64,000 bases of DNA from Octopus sinensis (GCF_006345805.1 NC_043002.1:50468001-50532000), one strand, 5' to 3'; positions 26,909-40,560 are shown, numbered from the stretch's first letter. Translations and numbers: made by a program. The notes: a model not told the origin generated them from the letters alone.

Positions 26909-27693
26909 CACTGTTTTCATATCTCAAAACTTCCTCTTCCCTACTACGTGACGTGTGTCCTGTAAAGGGGTGTTGTTCTTTTTCGCCCTGCCTTTGACCA
27001 GACTGGTCATGCTGGTCTGGGCTCCTGCTACGTTCACTAGGACTTACTCCATTTCCTCTTTGCGCAACCCTCTAAGTTCGTTCGATAGCTGTAAAGCTCT
27101 TTCTGTTGTATGTGTGGTATATGTATAATAATTGTTTTTCTGTTGTATATAACCGTAAGACTTCGTGTTGTTATGTATGTATAATTCTCCGCTGGCTGTA
27201 TTTATATAATGTCTTGTTTGTTTCAGTCTTAGTATACATTCGCTAGCTTTTGCCCAGTAAATTAATAAACAGTACTGGCGCCTTCAAAATTGAGTGGTCT
27301 CAATGGCAATGGCGCGAAACCACTATGATAGTTTGCGTCATTGACAGACAAGGATAACTCAGCTGTGAATATTATGTGTATCTTGTCTTTGTCTAAATTT
27401 TCCGTCCCTTAAGTTTTCGTCTAGTTTCCCGCTTGCTCTGTTTTCGTCTAATTTTTTCTCCTTGTGTTCTTTCTCTTCAACCCTTGATACATACATACAT
27501 GCAAACATACACATGTACATACATACATACATGTGTGTGTATGTATGTATGTATGTATGTATGTATGTATGTATGTATGTATGTATGTATGTATGTATGT
27601 ATGTGTATATGGATACGATTATGCTTAGGTATAACCTGATGTTAGATCTCAATATACATGTATTTCAGAATAAAAGGTAGACGAGTACAGAGC
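26212..27693. mobile_element. Non-autonomous DNA transposon with ~85-bp TIRs
   Basis: TA|GGCTCTGTACTCG...TACATGTATATTGAGATCTAACA...TATACCTAAGC is mirrored at 27615-27693 (CGAGTACAGAGCG|TA). Internal ~125-bp direct repeats at ~26370-26495 and ~27370-27490. Confidence 0.7.
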
Positions 27694-28183
27694 GTAAAAC
27701 GAATTCATTGCAGAAACGGTTGTAAGCCAATGCAGTTGATTATGTCATTCCTGTTCCCTTGCCTTTCTTTTAATTCATGTCATGCTCTCTCTCCCTGAAT
27801 ATATATGGTTACGTATGCACATACGCACACACGCGCACACACACCGCACACACACACATACACATATGTACAGCCAGCCACATTCTCGAACGAGTAAGGG
27901 CTTGCAGTAAGTACTGTACTTTCGCCAGTTATTTGAGGTGTCCAAGTATTTGCGACCTGAATGTACGTTCCCTCTAATAGACGGCCTGCTTTTCCTATCT
28001 TACATTTAAATCACTCTCTCCCTCCCGCTCTCTAGCTCGCTATCTATCTAACTGTCTGTCTATCTATTGATTTACCTGGTGATTTATTTGAAGCAAATTC
28101 ATCATAATAAAGAGTGTAATATAAGTCACTAATTGACTTTGTAAAGTGGATAAAATAATTAGTTATTCCAAATTTCAGTTCTG

Positions 28184-28395
28184 GAAGGCGGCGAAGTGGC
28201 AGAATTGTTAGCACACCGGACAAAATGCTTAGCGGCATTTCATCCGTCTACATGTTCTCAGTTCAAATTCCGTCGAGGTTTACTTTGCTTTTCATCTTTC
28301 GGAGTCAATAAAATAAGTTTCCGCTGAACACTAGGGTCGATATCAAATTAGCCCCTTCCCTTAAATTGCCGATCTTGAGACAAAATTGGAAACCA
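28184..28395 (+). mobile_element. SINE family C, degraded
   Basis: GAAGGCGGCGAAGTGGCAGAATTGTTAGC...GTTCAAATTCC. Confidence 0.8.
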
Positions 28396-29989
28396 ATATT
28401 TCAGTTAGCAACACTGTTAAGACACGCCCAGTGATACATACTTAGAGTATAGTAGGGATATGTAGACAGCGTTATCACAGCCCTTCAACGAGCTAAACTA
28501 TAAACGATATGGAACTTCATTAGAACTTATTACCCGTTGTTGACACGTTATATGTAATATTCCTCTAATACTTTATCTCATCAACGTGTCTCTCTCAGTA
28601 ATTAATAAAGCCATCAACTTCTGTATCCGGACTATTATTGATATGCCTTTTAGCTGACATATTCTTGAGTACCGTAATTCATAGACGGATACAGAGAATT
28701 GCTGCCGTTCTCCTCGGATATACAGTTTGGGAAAATAGAAAAATAAGAACTCATCCGCCCTCCACCACCACCAAATAAAAAAAAACCCCGGAAAAACCCA
28801 TGGAAACAAGCTGAAATACGTGGGTCATGTTCGATCCTAATACCCAATACCTCTGTGAAGTGTATTCACTCAAAACATCGAATCGATCCAGACCATGTTG
28901 GAAAAACTGGATATCTGGACTCGTATGCGGACAAGCATTTGTCCAGTATAAAACCAACACCTGGATGTTGTGTTACGTTAACAGTGTACATTGTGTTGTA
29001 AGCTAGAGGATCAGGTCACAGGTCAAAAGGTAAAACAAATCAATATATCGATGTCATACCATTTGATACAACAATGAATGAACCTAGGTTTCTTTCACTC
29101 GTTTCTCTGCGACCATCGAAATTCTTGTAAAACGGTTATGCGTGCTTCTTCCTATTTTCTTCTAATTGAGGTTTATTTTAACGAAAGGATGGTTTCTACC
29201 TTCGTAATTAAAATAGCCAGGATATATTTTCGTCTCTCTCTCTCTCTTATATTTATAGTGTTTTTAACACAGCAACTCCGTTGGAGATATTATCTCGCGA
29301 CAAATACTGCAGTAGCTAGCCTATTGACAGTGTGTCTACTTTAAGTATGATGTATAGATGGCGATTTTAATTGAATACTGCTTCAATTACGTCTTCCAGG
29401 TATATAGACATAAGCATATTGACACACAAATACACACACGAATGCACACACATCTATACATATGTATGTATGTATTTGTATGCATATGTGTGTATGTATG
29501 CACAAACACATACAAGCTATGTTGTTGATGTGCAAACTTCAATGAAAGAGTCCTTCTTTCGCAGTAATAGACGGCTTCTTCATACATAAATGCATACATA
29601 TATGTGTATAGATACATACATAAATACATTAGTACAAACACACATACAAACATACACACAGACATATGTGCACACACAGATACACACACACGCACACACA
29701 CAGACGCACACACGCACACACATATATGTTTTTATATATACCAACTCGTCTGGAGTATGGTGTGGCTGAACTTGGGATCTTAGAGAATGCAAAGCCTTAA
29801 TTCATATGCTACATATGTTCACGATATTAGGGACTTCAAAACTCTGCAAGACCTTCTTAAGATTTAAAGAATGATGGTTAAAAGAAGATATTTTCCTTCA
29901 CAACTTTGCTCCCAAGTACGCAGCTGATCAAAATTTATTCTAGAATTAAAAAGGGAACATATATATATATACATATATAGGGAGAATTC

Positions 29990-30135
29990 ACAAAAAACAA
30001 AATACGAAGACAGGTGGTGTAAAAAACAAACAGATGTATTAGTATAACGCTCGGGACTTGAAAATGTCTTTAGCGTTTCGAGCCTACGCTCTTCCGCAGA
30101 AAGGAACACAGAAACAAACAAGGAGAGAAAAATGT
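29990..30135 (-). mobile_element. Penelope-type terminus with a decayed minimal hammerhead (30068-30103)
   Basis: CTTT-CTGCGGA-AGAGCGTAGGCTC-GAAA-CGCT-AAAG; same family as 12156-12191; ends at a (TA)n tract. Confidence 0.55.
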
Positions 30136-30369
30136 GTCTAGTGGCTAGCGATGTATCATAGCGATCTATCATGGCGAATAAATATGTACATATATACATA
30201 CATAATGCAACATGCATAAATACATGCATACATACATACGATACACATATAACTATTCTGGTCTTAGAGTTTCAACTGTATACACACACGCGCATATAAA
30301 CGCGCGCGCGTAAACACACACAGATAGATAGATTGATAGAGAGACAGATATATATATATATATATATAG

Positions 30370-30405
<36 letters not shown>

Positions 30406-30406
30406 A

Positions 30407-30440
<34 letters not shown>

Positions 30441-30997
30441 AATTGATAGATAGGTATATGCATCATGTATGGATAGATATATGAATGATAGGAGTATGTA
30501 TGTATCTACCTACCTGTTTGTCTATCTGCTTGTCTTCCAGTGTCTGCTTGTCTGTTTATCCTTCTATTTATATATTTATATGACAGTATATATGTATATG
30601 TATGTACTATATGTATAGATATGTAGTATATGTGTGCGTGTCTGTGTGTCTGTGTGTATTATGTATATGTATGAGTGTGTGTGTGTGTGTGTGTGGTGTA
30701 TGTCACAATATATGGTTTCAAGTAATCTGATAGTACTCCTAAAAATTCTTCATACTGTATGATTCTACAAAACATAGAACATACATAGTACGATACAAGA
30801 GAACACGATAAGGAGTGTATAAAGTCACGATTAACAAAGAGTTTAACTTAATTTAGCAATCAGAAAATTCTATCACGACAAATTGTTTCGTAACTTAAAA
30901 TGAGGTAAATAATTTATATTATCATATTTGATCATGAATAAGTTGCTTACGTACCTTTATTAATGCAAAATACGAAAGCCCTTAAAAATAATGCAGA

Positions 30998-31154
30998 ATA
31001 TCACCTGAGGACGTAGCTTAAATTCTGCTTTATTTTGAAGTATTTTGTTTCCATTTTGCATTAATGCAGGCATGTAAGTAATTTATTTATTATTTAGTAT
31101 AATAATATAACCTATTTACATGTTTTGAAGTTACGAAACAATTGGCCGTGATAT
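30998..31154 (+). ncRNA. Hammerhead fold with a probably inactivating GCC triplet, part of an old fold-back (~30850-31175)
   Basis: Stem I ATATCAC/GTGATAT; core CTGAGGA 31005-31011; extra C; stem II GTAGCTT/AAGTTAC; GAAAC-AATTG-GCC. The inverted partial copy near 30861-30900 keeps GAAAC-AATTT-GTC-GTGATA. Confidence 0.6.
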
Positions 31155-31217
31155 TAAGCTTTTCTTATTGTTTAATAAAATTTCATGAAAACTTCACTGT
31201 CATTTATGGCGTTATTG

Positions 31218-31309
<92 letters not shown>

Positions 31310-31322
31310 GTCTATCTGTCTG

Positions 31323-31401
<79 letters not shown>

Positions 31402-31414
31402 GTCTGTCTATCTG

Positions 31415-31456
<42 letters not shown>

Positions 31457-32111
31457 CATACATACATACATACATGCATGCATATATATACATATATACT
31501 TATATAAATATATATATATACTTATATAAACAGACATAAAATTAAACGCATATATATGCCAATACCTAGATATTGTATAGCGTCCATAGACAACATTATC
31601 ACCAGTGAAATACGTCATATTACATATTAAAATAAACTCAGAAATATACAGTATATGTTATATACGTACTATATAAGTAATGTAGGCAGATTTAAGTACT
31701 CTGTATCTTTCTTGGACACAGATAAATATTTTATTAATATATTTCGCGCGTTTGAACATATATGCACACTTATCACATAAATATAATATGGCAGTAATAT
31801 ATTATACTCACGCAAAATTCAGTCATGTCCATACAGCTATTATATACCATTACGCATATACATATATCATAATATTCTTCATAATATCCTTCATAGTTAT
31901 TCACTCAGCCAACCTTATATTCACAAACACCTGGAACCGATATATGTCTCCTTTTCCCCCTGTTTCGTCTCCTGCTTACGAGTTTCTCTTGAATCATTTC
32001 TCTCCTATCTCACAAAACATCTGTCTATACATTGCTATGCTTAAATATACAATATAGATGCATATACATACATACATACTTACATACATACACACACACA
32101 CGTATATATTA

Positions 32112-32142
<31 letters not shown>

Positions 32143-32145
32143 CGT

Positions 32146-32176
<31 letters not shown>

Positions 32177-32178
32177 TA

Positions 32179-32216
<38 letters not shown>

Positions 32217-32259
32217 GTATATATATATATATATATATATATGTACATATATATATATG

Positions 32260-32520
32260 TGGAGGCGCAGGATCGCGGTTTCGATTCCCAGACTGGGCGT
32301 TGTGTGTGTTTATTGAGCGAAAACACTTAAAAGCTCCACGAGGCTCCGGCAGGAGGTGGTGATCCCTGCTGTACTCTTTCACCACTGTTTCTCCCACTCT
32401 TTCCTCTGTTAGCCTGCTCGTTTAGCCAGCGGGGTGGCGTCATTCAAAGGCTAAAACAATGCGAACGCATTGTGACCAGCGATGTGTAACAACATCTGAT
32501 GGTCTGGTCGGTCACGTGAT

Positions 32521-32528
<8 letters not shown>
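32260..32528 (+). mobile_element. tRNA-derived SINE family D (internally deleted head)
   Basis: GGAGGCGCA...GGTTTCGATTCCCAGAC...GGTCACGTGATCACGTGATA, matching 54734-55028. Confidence 0.85.
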
Positions 32529-32551
<23 letters not shown>

Positions 32552-32838
32552 CGTATATATACACATATACATATACATACGTATATATATAATATATATG
32601 CATATATGCATGGAGACATACATTTATATATATATACACATACATACATGCATGCATACATAATACATGTATGCATGCAGACATACATTCATATATGAAT
32701 ATATACGTACATGCATAATACAATCATACATACAGATATACATAGACATATACATAGAGGCATACGTACACACATAAATGCATACATATATAATACATAC
32801 ATACATACAAACATATATGCATGCATACATACTTACGT

Positions 32839-33158
32839 GGATGATAACATAAAGCTGAAGATCAGTGAGAATACCTATGCTAAACTATGGACAAATCTGC
32901 TGTTACTCATTATACCTGTAATTATTGACGCACTGGGATATGTAACACACTGCTTAAATACCAATCTTGAGAAATTAGGCATCTCAAAACCAGAAAGGAG
33001 AAAGCTGATTCGAAGTCTACAGGTCCAAGCCATCACTGGAACTGTTAAAATCTATTAACGTCTTTAGGCGTTTATTATTTTAGTATATATGAGCATGTCC
33101 AGGTATGCAAATATATGCATGAGAAGAAATACATAAAATAAAATATACAATTCTGATC
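32839..33158 (+). mobile_element. 3' end of an RLE-type non-LTR retrotransposon in (CATA)n, family RLE-3
   Basis: DDNIKLKISE...IIPVIIDALG...LEKLG...RSLQVQAITGTVKIY* follows the RLE C-terminal pattern IP.I.GALG / GT..I; short 3' UTR; CATA repeats on both sides. Confidence 0.7.
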
Positions 33159-33200
33159 ACATACAAGCATACATACATACGTACGTACATACATACATAC

Positions 33201-33304
33201 AATAATACCCTGTTGATGTTGTTGAAGGTCCATTGAAAGACCTAGTTTAGAAGCCGGCTCTTTCTCTATTGGCAAGAAATCTCGAAATAAAACTGAATAA
33301 TGCC
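33201..33304 (+). mobile_element. Short putative retroelement 3' end terminating in (ATAC)n
   Basis: Non-repetitive 104-bp island between CATA tracts, ending AATAAAACTGAATAATGCC(ATAC)n. Confidence 0.35.
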
Positions 33305-33641
33305 ATACATACATACATACATACATACATATGCATGCTTATAATATATATATATGTGCGTGTGTGTTAGTGTGTGTGTACATGTACATATATACACAAG
33401 GAGAGAGATAGAGCATGATATGAATTAAAAGAGAGACGTGTGTGTGTGCGTGTGTTTAATTTTTTTACAGTCAAAATAAGAAATAACACAAGTGACTGGT
33501 TTGTACATATAGCTTGTATTTCTTTATTTCGATATCAGGACTCCTTTCATCAGAAAGTCTACGAAGAAATGGTATTTTGAGCTGACGTTGTTGTTCTGCT
33601 GTGTCTGTGTATGAAGATTAGGTTTGCATTGCTCTAGTAAC

Positions 33642-33688
<47 letters not shown>

Positions 33689-33777
33689 GGAGAGAGATGG
33701 AGAGAGGGAGAGAAGAGAGAAGTGGAGAGAGGATGGTGGCGAGGGAATGGAAGACAATGCTCATGAGACAATGCTCC

Positions 33778-34140
33778 GAGACTGGTGAGCAAATAGTATT
33801 CTTAGACCGGATACAACACCCAGATATTTTACCTCCTAAGACAGCAACGAATGAGCCGAGGTTTCTTTTATTAATTTCTCTACGATCATGGAAATTCTCG
33901 TAAAAATGTTGATCCTAGGACCACCGAGACTAGTGAGAAAATTGCATTCTTAGACCGGATACATCACCCGGTTGTTTTGCCTTCTAATACAGCAATGAAT
34001 GAGCCGAAGTTTCTTTCACTGGTTCTTCTACCACCATCGAAATTCTCGTAAAAAGGATATGTGTGCTTCTTCCTTTTCGCCTCTGACTGAAGTGCGTTTT
34101 AACGAAAGGATGGTTTCTACCTATGTAATTAAAATAGTCT
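33778..34140. repeat. 148-bp tandem dimer of a dispersed repeat also present at ~29070-29225
   Basis: GAGACT.GTGAG recurs at 33778 and 33926; AATGAATGA.CC.A.GTTTCTTTCACT...TAACGAAAGGATGGTTTCTACC..GTAATTAAAATAG is shared with the 29 kb copy. Confidence 0.7.
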
Positions 34141-34404
34141 CTCCAAGCTGTTAATCAAAACCGCAAGTTTCTAACTGAGACACGCCTTGGCGCCGAACAC
34201 TAGGCCATTAACCTGAGCAGGTTCCTTCGCCCCAGCCGGTGACTCTCCTTGGAAAGCCTTATCTGGAGTCTTTCCCCTACTGTGTAGTATTAACATCTTC
34301 CCCTCACTTAGTTTAATCCACCAGCTGAAATGGGATACCAAGGTGTGGCTCTAAGAGCCATCAAGTGAGAGATTAGGAATTGAATAAGAAGTGATGCCCG
34401 TCCA

Positions 34405-34645
34405 TCTGACCATTCCTGAAAAGTTGCAGCTTCAGACCATTCCTGGCAAAGTGCAGTTTCAAGACACCAGACCATTCCTAGCAAGGTGCAGCTGCAAGAC
34501 ACCAGACTATTTCTGGCAAGGTGAAATTGCAAGAAACGAGACCATTCCTGACAAAGTGCAGCTGCAAGACACCAAGCTATTCCTGGAAAGGTGCGACTGC
34601 AAGATACCAGACCATTCTTAACAAGGTGTAGCTGTAGGACACCAA
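34405..34645. repeat. 35-bp minisatellite (~7 units)
   Basis: Unit AGACCATTCCTGGCAAGGTGCAGCTGCAAGACACC; anchors at 34435, 34470, 34505, 34540 and 34610. Confidence 0.9.
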
Positions 34646-35005
34646 ATCTCTAGCTCTTTTCCGAGTCCCCTACTCTCCATTTGTTTCTAAAATAAATTTC
34701 TTTAACAAAACCTTTTGAAAGTAATTCCGAACTCAACAAAAAACATGAGAATTTTGGTACATTTATGAAAATTTTAATAAGATTCTTCACAACATTTTCT
34801 TCCTTCAGTGTTCGTTTCTCTGGTGTACAAGTTTTTGATATAAAAAATATTCATTTGCCAATTCTGCTTTAGCAGCATATAAGAAACAAGTAAGTAGATT
34901 CTTCGAGATGGTTCTACCTGTTAGAAATAACAATAAAATCATTGTGTAAAGACATTACTTTCTTGAATAAGGAAGGACGTTTTCTTGTGTGTGTGTGTGG
35001 TGTGT

Positions 35006-35068
<63 letters not shown>

Positions 35069-35110
35069 CGTTGTCTCTTACCCAAATATAAATCTATATA
35101 CATACACAAA

Positions 35111-35340
35111 CGGCGAGCTGGCAGAAACGTTAGCGCCCCGGGCGAAATGCTTAGCGGTATTTCGTCTGACATTACGTTCTGAGATCAAATTCTGCCGAGG
35201 TAGACTTTGCCTTTCATCCTTTCGGGGTCGATAAATAAAGTACCAGTTACGCACTGGGGTCGATGTAATCGACTTAATCCATTTGTCTATCCTTGTTTGT
35301 CCCCTCTATATTTAGCCCATTGTGGGTAGTAATGAAATAT
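35111..35340 (+). mobile_element. SINE family C, near full length
   Basis: CGGCGAGCTGGCAGAAACGTTAGC through TGTGGGTAGTAATGAAAT. Confidence 0.88.
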
Positions 35341-35828
35341 ATATACATACACAAACATATACAAACATACATATACACATCTCGCTCAAAATATCTTTTG
35401 ATAAGCATAACAAATGCGCAACCGGTAAAAAGAACTTTCATCTAATTAAATACACTCTCCCTTACTTAAATTATTTTGTCAGCATTTTCTTCATTTCCTT
35501 TTTTTATATATAAATATATATATATATATAAATTAGTGTACATTTAAGCACAATGAAGCGAGCTTTAATAGGTTGCCTTACATACTAGAAAGAGCAGTCA
35601 AAAAGTCCAAACCACAGTTAAGAGCAATTTCGAAGGGAATGAAAAATATACTAGCATGTTAGGCAACCTGTTGAGGCTCGCCTCTTTGAGCTTAAATCTG
35701 CACTAATTTTTACATGAAAGATATGTCTATTGACTTTGTATACATACTAGACCACTGGTAGAAAAATTTCTCCTACCCTATATTCATTTTAAGATATGTA
35801 TGTATATTACACATATAATCTGTCTGTA

Positions 35829-35908
<80 letters not shown>

Positions 35909-35911
<3 letters not shown>

Positions 35912-36106
35912 TTTTTCTTTTTATTCTTTTTCTTTTTTATTTTATTTATCTATTTACTTTTTTTGTTCTTTTCTTCCCTTTTACGATCCCTCTTGATCGA
36001 AAACCTACGTCACCCCCTTTTTTTTGTTTTCTTCATCCCTCAAAAGAAAAGCTCTACCTTGTAACTTGTCCCATCTGTGTGCAGCCCTGTGTGGCCAATA
36101 AAGAAA
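35909..36106 (+). mobile_element. TATC-associated LINE-like 3' end, copy 2
   Basis: Same terminus as 20701-20910; (TATC)n on both sides. Confidence 0.65.
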
Positions 36107-36130
36107 CTTAACTATCTATCCATCTATCTG

Positions 36131-36189
<59 letters not shown>

Positions 36190-36192
36190 GTA

Positions 36193-36249
<57 letters not shown>

Positions 36250-36250
36250 G

Positions 36251-36347
<97 letters not shown>

Positions 36348-36817
36348 TTACATATGAATGCTTTGCAAAGGCAAATTTTGGTGCTAAAAACTGGAAATAT
36401 ATTTGACCCTAACCCTTTGCCCAATCAAATTCGACTAAGAGCTGAAGAAGAACAACAACAAAAGCAAAAACAACAACACCTACAACAACAGCACCAGCAA
36501 CAACGACATCAACAAACCATAACAAAAAGCCTCTTCGTCATGGCTCGACTAGATAAAGGAGATAAAGACTTGTATAGTAAAACAATGTAGTCATATGTGT
36601 ACAATTGTCTAAAATAAAAGCAAAAGCAGATCGCTATGTTTAGAACGTCCTTAATGATCGAGAGCTGTTCGATAATTTGTTGATCTGAAGATAACAGGAA
36701 GAAAAAAAAGGCAAAAACAATAAAAAAAAAAAAGAAACCACAAAAGTAGCATTTCGAATGTTAATTTTTCTTACGAACGACAACATTGTTCGTCAGCTGA
36801 TGTCTGCCATTATTATT

Positions 36818-36855
<38 letters not shown>

Positions 36856-36933
36856 TATTATTATTATTATTATATTATTATTATTATTATATTATTATAT
36901 ATTATCTTTATTATTATATCATCATCATCATCA

Positions 36934-36999
<66 letters not shown>

Positions 37000-37009
37000 T
37001 ATATTATAT

Positions 37010-37090
37010 GTTTGACTTTTGCTTTATATTTGTAAAGTTGGCTCCAAGTCTCACCCAGGGACCTCAAGAGACAACAGGTTGAAGTTCATG
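37010..37090 (-). mobile_element. TAA-associated retroelement 3' end (family T4)
   Basis: Reverse complement of 57355-57443 (GTCCCTGGGTGAGACTTGGAG.CAACTT.TACAAATA.AAAGCAAAA.TCAAAC), followed by (ATA)n. Confidence 0.6.
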
Positions 37091-37157
37091 TTGTTGTTAT
37101 GTAGTGTGCCATATTTTTTTGGGGGGGGGAGTTTTTGGTGTGGTACTAATGAATGTC

Positions 37158-37188
<31 letters not shown>

Positions 37189-37259
37189 ATTCTATATATG
37201 ATTTTCTTTTTCCTTTATATACATATGCAGGTATGCATTCTCATATATGTACACACATA

Positions 37260-37800
37260 TATATGTATATACACATGCATATATGGGTACAGGAAGTCAT
37301 AGGACGTAAACAACATGAAATACGATATACGAAAACATGGAATATGAACTTTTTTGCGAACAACGAAAGAAACAAATGGAAAACAAGACAGGCAACATAA
37401 AGAACGACCTTTCATCAGTTGTCGGCTGTTTCATCTACTCCACATTTCGAACATTTACGTCAAAACAGTTGCTCCCGCAAAGCAAATTGAATACAATTTG
37501 GTATTTGCGGAGGATCAAAGTTGGTAACATAAACAGGTCAGTGAAAACAGTAAGGGCTACTAAGCCATGACGAGGCGGAGTGGCGAACGCTGGAGGACAA
37601 GCTTTGGCAGGAGACAGACAAGAATGCGTTTGATCTCTGTAGCTGATCGGAAAGAAAGAAAGAATCTCAAGTTACGAAAAGAAAGATGGTGGATGAGCAA
37701 CAAGAGAGTAAAGGAGTAAGAGAGAAGGACAGGTAGAGAACGGTGAAGGGGAGAGGAAAAGAATTAGAGAATGAAGAGAGAGGAACGAAGTGGGGAGCGA
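37260..37800 (-). repeat. Diverged relative of the 830-bp tandem unit
   Basis: Minus strand reads GACAACTGATGA...CCTGTC...TACGTC...CCTGTAC...ATATATGCATG, co-linear with the 3' part of the 830-bp unit. Confidence 0.45.
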
Positions 37801-37887
37801 TATACGCACGCACACACAAATATATATATATGTATGATGTATGCATTTATATATATATATATTATATATATATATAATATATATATA

Positions 37888-37947
<60 letters not shown>

Positions 37948-38601
37948 TAGAAAGAGAGAGAGAGAGAGAGAGCGTAAATATGATTCTGGTAGATATTCTT
38001 CGAAAATAGTCGCATCAAGTACACATATCCAATGGCCGTCCATGGCATCTATAAAACACACGAAGCATTGTAGTACATGCTTTTTTAAAGTAGGTATTAA
38101 CTCGTATTTATATGCCGGAATTGATTGATTGATCGATCGATCGATTGATTGATTGATTGACACTGATCACGTGACAAAGAAAAACAAAACAAAACAAAAC
38201 AAAAAACAGCATAAACATAAAACTTAAAATTGTAACAGACCATTGACCGTATGTTATTTAGTCGCGTTTATTCCTTTGGAAAAACTGTTTTTATAATCAG
38301 TTATCGATCATTAACCGGAGACTGTATACTTTTCTATTGGAATCTTGTGATATATTGACGGAGATAGCTTTTATTTCCCATAGATTCCTATCACCGATAG
38401 TCTGAATGGAATTCCATAATGTCTTCTTATTTTCTTTCGTGTCCAACCATTTTACTTGAATAGTTTATGGTAACTAATGCAGTATTCTGCTATTGTATTA
38501 AAAAAATATGGCCGCCTGTTCTCTAATTTTCTCCGAGAATCGCATAAATCTTTCAGGCAAAAGCCTTAAGCCTGAGGGTGAAGTCAAACGTCATCTTAAC
38601 A

Positions 38602-38633
<32 letters not shown>

Positions 38634-38787
38634 GGAAGTGGTTCGTTGGTTTTCTGTTGTTGCAGTCGATTTCGTTGGGCCATTTAAGGTAGTTACTGTC
38701 AGCCTTTTGATGTTGCAGTCGTTGCAGATTATTGAAGAATTTAGAGCGAAACTCTAGCAGCGTATTTATTTATGAACGATTAAAAAG

Positions 38788-38836
<49 letters not shown>

Positions 38837-40232
38837 ATGTGTATGTATGTATATATACTGTATATATATATGTGTACATACATATATGTCTATGTATATA
38901 TATGTATTTATTTATATACATATATATATATACACACACACATATATACATATATATATATATGCATGTATATATGTATGCATGTATATATGTATATGCA
39001 TACATATAATGATATACATATATACATAACAAACAGCTGTTGCCGCAGCTACTACTACTACTACTACTACTACTACTAAATCACTACTTGTAATTTTCAA
39101 GAATGTTCATACTTCAAGATTCCGTATGATACCAATATTCTTGCTATATCATTGCTGTTTCCATACATTCCTTTCGTAAGAGCCTTTTCATATTGCGAAA
39201 TTTGGAAGAGACAACAATACGAATTTTAGTATTTTTTAGTCCATGGTACCCTTTATCAAGCAAGTCTCTGATCAAAGGCATTCAAACCGTAGATGTCTAC
39301 TTGTTTTATTATTTTTAGTTTTTATTTTTCACATGGTGCAGTTCTCTGGATTATCCTTTCGAAGATGAAATTTGTTGTTATACAATTTCGGTGCTGGCAA
39401 AATGTAACGAACAGCACCAATGACGCAACCATTCTGGAAACAGCTGTAAAGCTATTTTTTTCTGCCAGTGAGAACTTTCAAATCCCTACCGAACTATGTC
39501 ATATCAGTACTCTAGGCTTCTTGCCTGCCATATCTTGGAGTCTACCTATTTATATTGTCTCTACAAGGAACTTACCTATCTACATTGCCACTACAAAGAA
39601 TTTCCCTCTGCTATGTATACTCCTTTATGGATTTGTTTTATTCCAGATCAGTGGTTCTCAACTGGGATCGACCTGGCCCTTAGGGTCCGTATATGATTAT
39701 CCTGTTGAAATTTATATGCAATAAATTGGATATACGTCTTTAATAAACAGAATAAACTTATCAGTGAGCTAAAGTGATAGACTGCTTTCTGGCTTTGATC
39801 TAGATTAATCTGGGAGTAGTACCTGACAGGTATGTGAACCGACTGATGCACTCCGAATTTAAACCAGATTAATATGGGTCTCATTACGTGATAGATAGGT
39901 GAAATAACTAACGGTCGACGTTCTTAATCTGAACTAGACGAATACTTGATAGACAGATAGACCTGATTGATAGATTGCGTTTTCAGTCTATACCAAATTG
40001 ATATGACGCCCATTTCTGACATGTATTTGAATTCAGTACTGTAATGTGTTCTACGTTTGAATCAGATCAATGTGGGAAAAATTGAATGCATTCTAAATTT
40101 GAAGTAGATAGATCCAGGACTCGTGTCCGAAAGACTAATGAACTTATAGATGTCCTGTGTTCGAACTTGATCGATGTGGTAACTATTTACGACAGTTAGG
40201 TATTTCTGACTGGTAGGCTGTATCATCTACCT

Positions 40233-40295
<63 letters not shown>

Positions 40296-40352
40296 TACTA
40301 TTATTATTATTATTATTACTATTACTATTATTTAATTATTATTGCTATTATT

Positions 40353-40560
40353 GAAGGCGGCGAGCTGGCAGATTATTTAGCTCGCCAGGAAAAATGCTTA
40401 TGGTATTTCGTCTGTCTGCATGTTCTGAGTTCAAATTCCGCCGAGGTCGACTTTGCCTTTCATCTTTTCGGGGTCGATAAATTAAGTACCAGTGAAACAA
40501 TAGGGCGATGTAATCGACAAGTCCCTCCCCCTAAACTTTTTCAGGCCTTGTGCCTATAAC
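40353..40560 (+). mobile_element. SINE family C
   Basis: GAAGGCGGCGAGCTGGCAGA head and GTCGACTTTGCCTTTCATC body. Confidence 0.85.

Noticed and set aside
26950-27320. Solo LTR with a primer-binding site (AATAAA ... TGGCGCC)
   Set aside because: No clean TG...CA ends, no target duplication and no second LTR.
34405-34645. CRISPR-like array (35-bp repeats)
   Set aside because: Units are contiguous with no unique spacers, no cas genes are present, and the context is eukaryotic.
38635-38740. Small minus-strand exon (IICNDCNIKRL...)
   Set aside because: Weak splice sites and no homology recognisable by eye.
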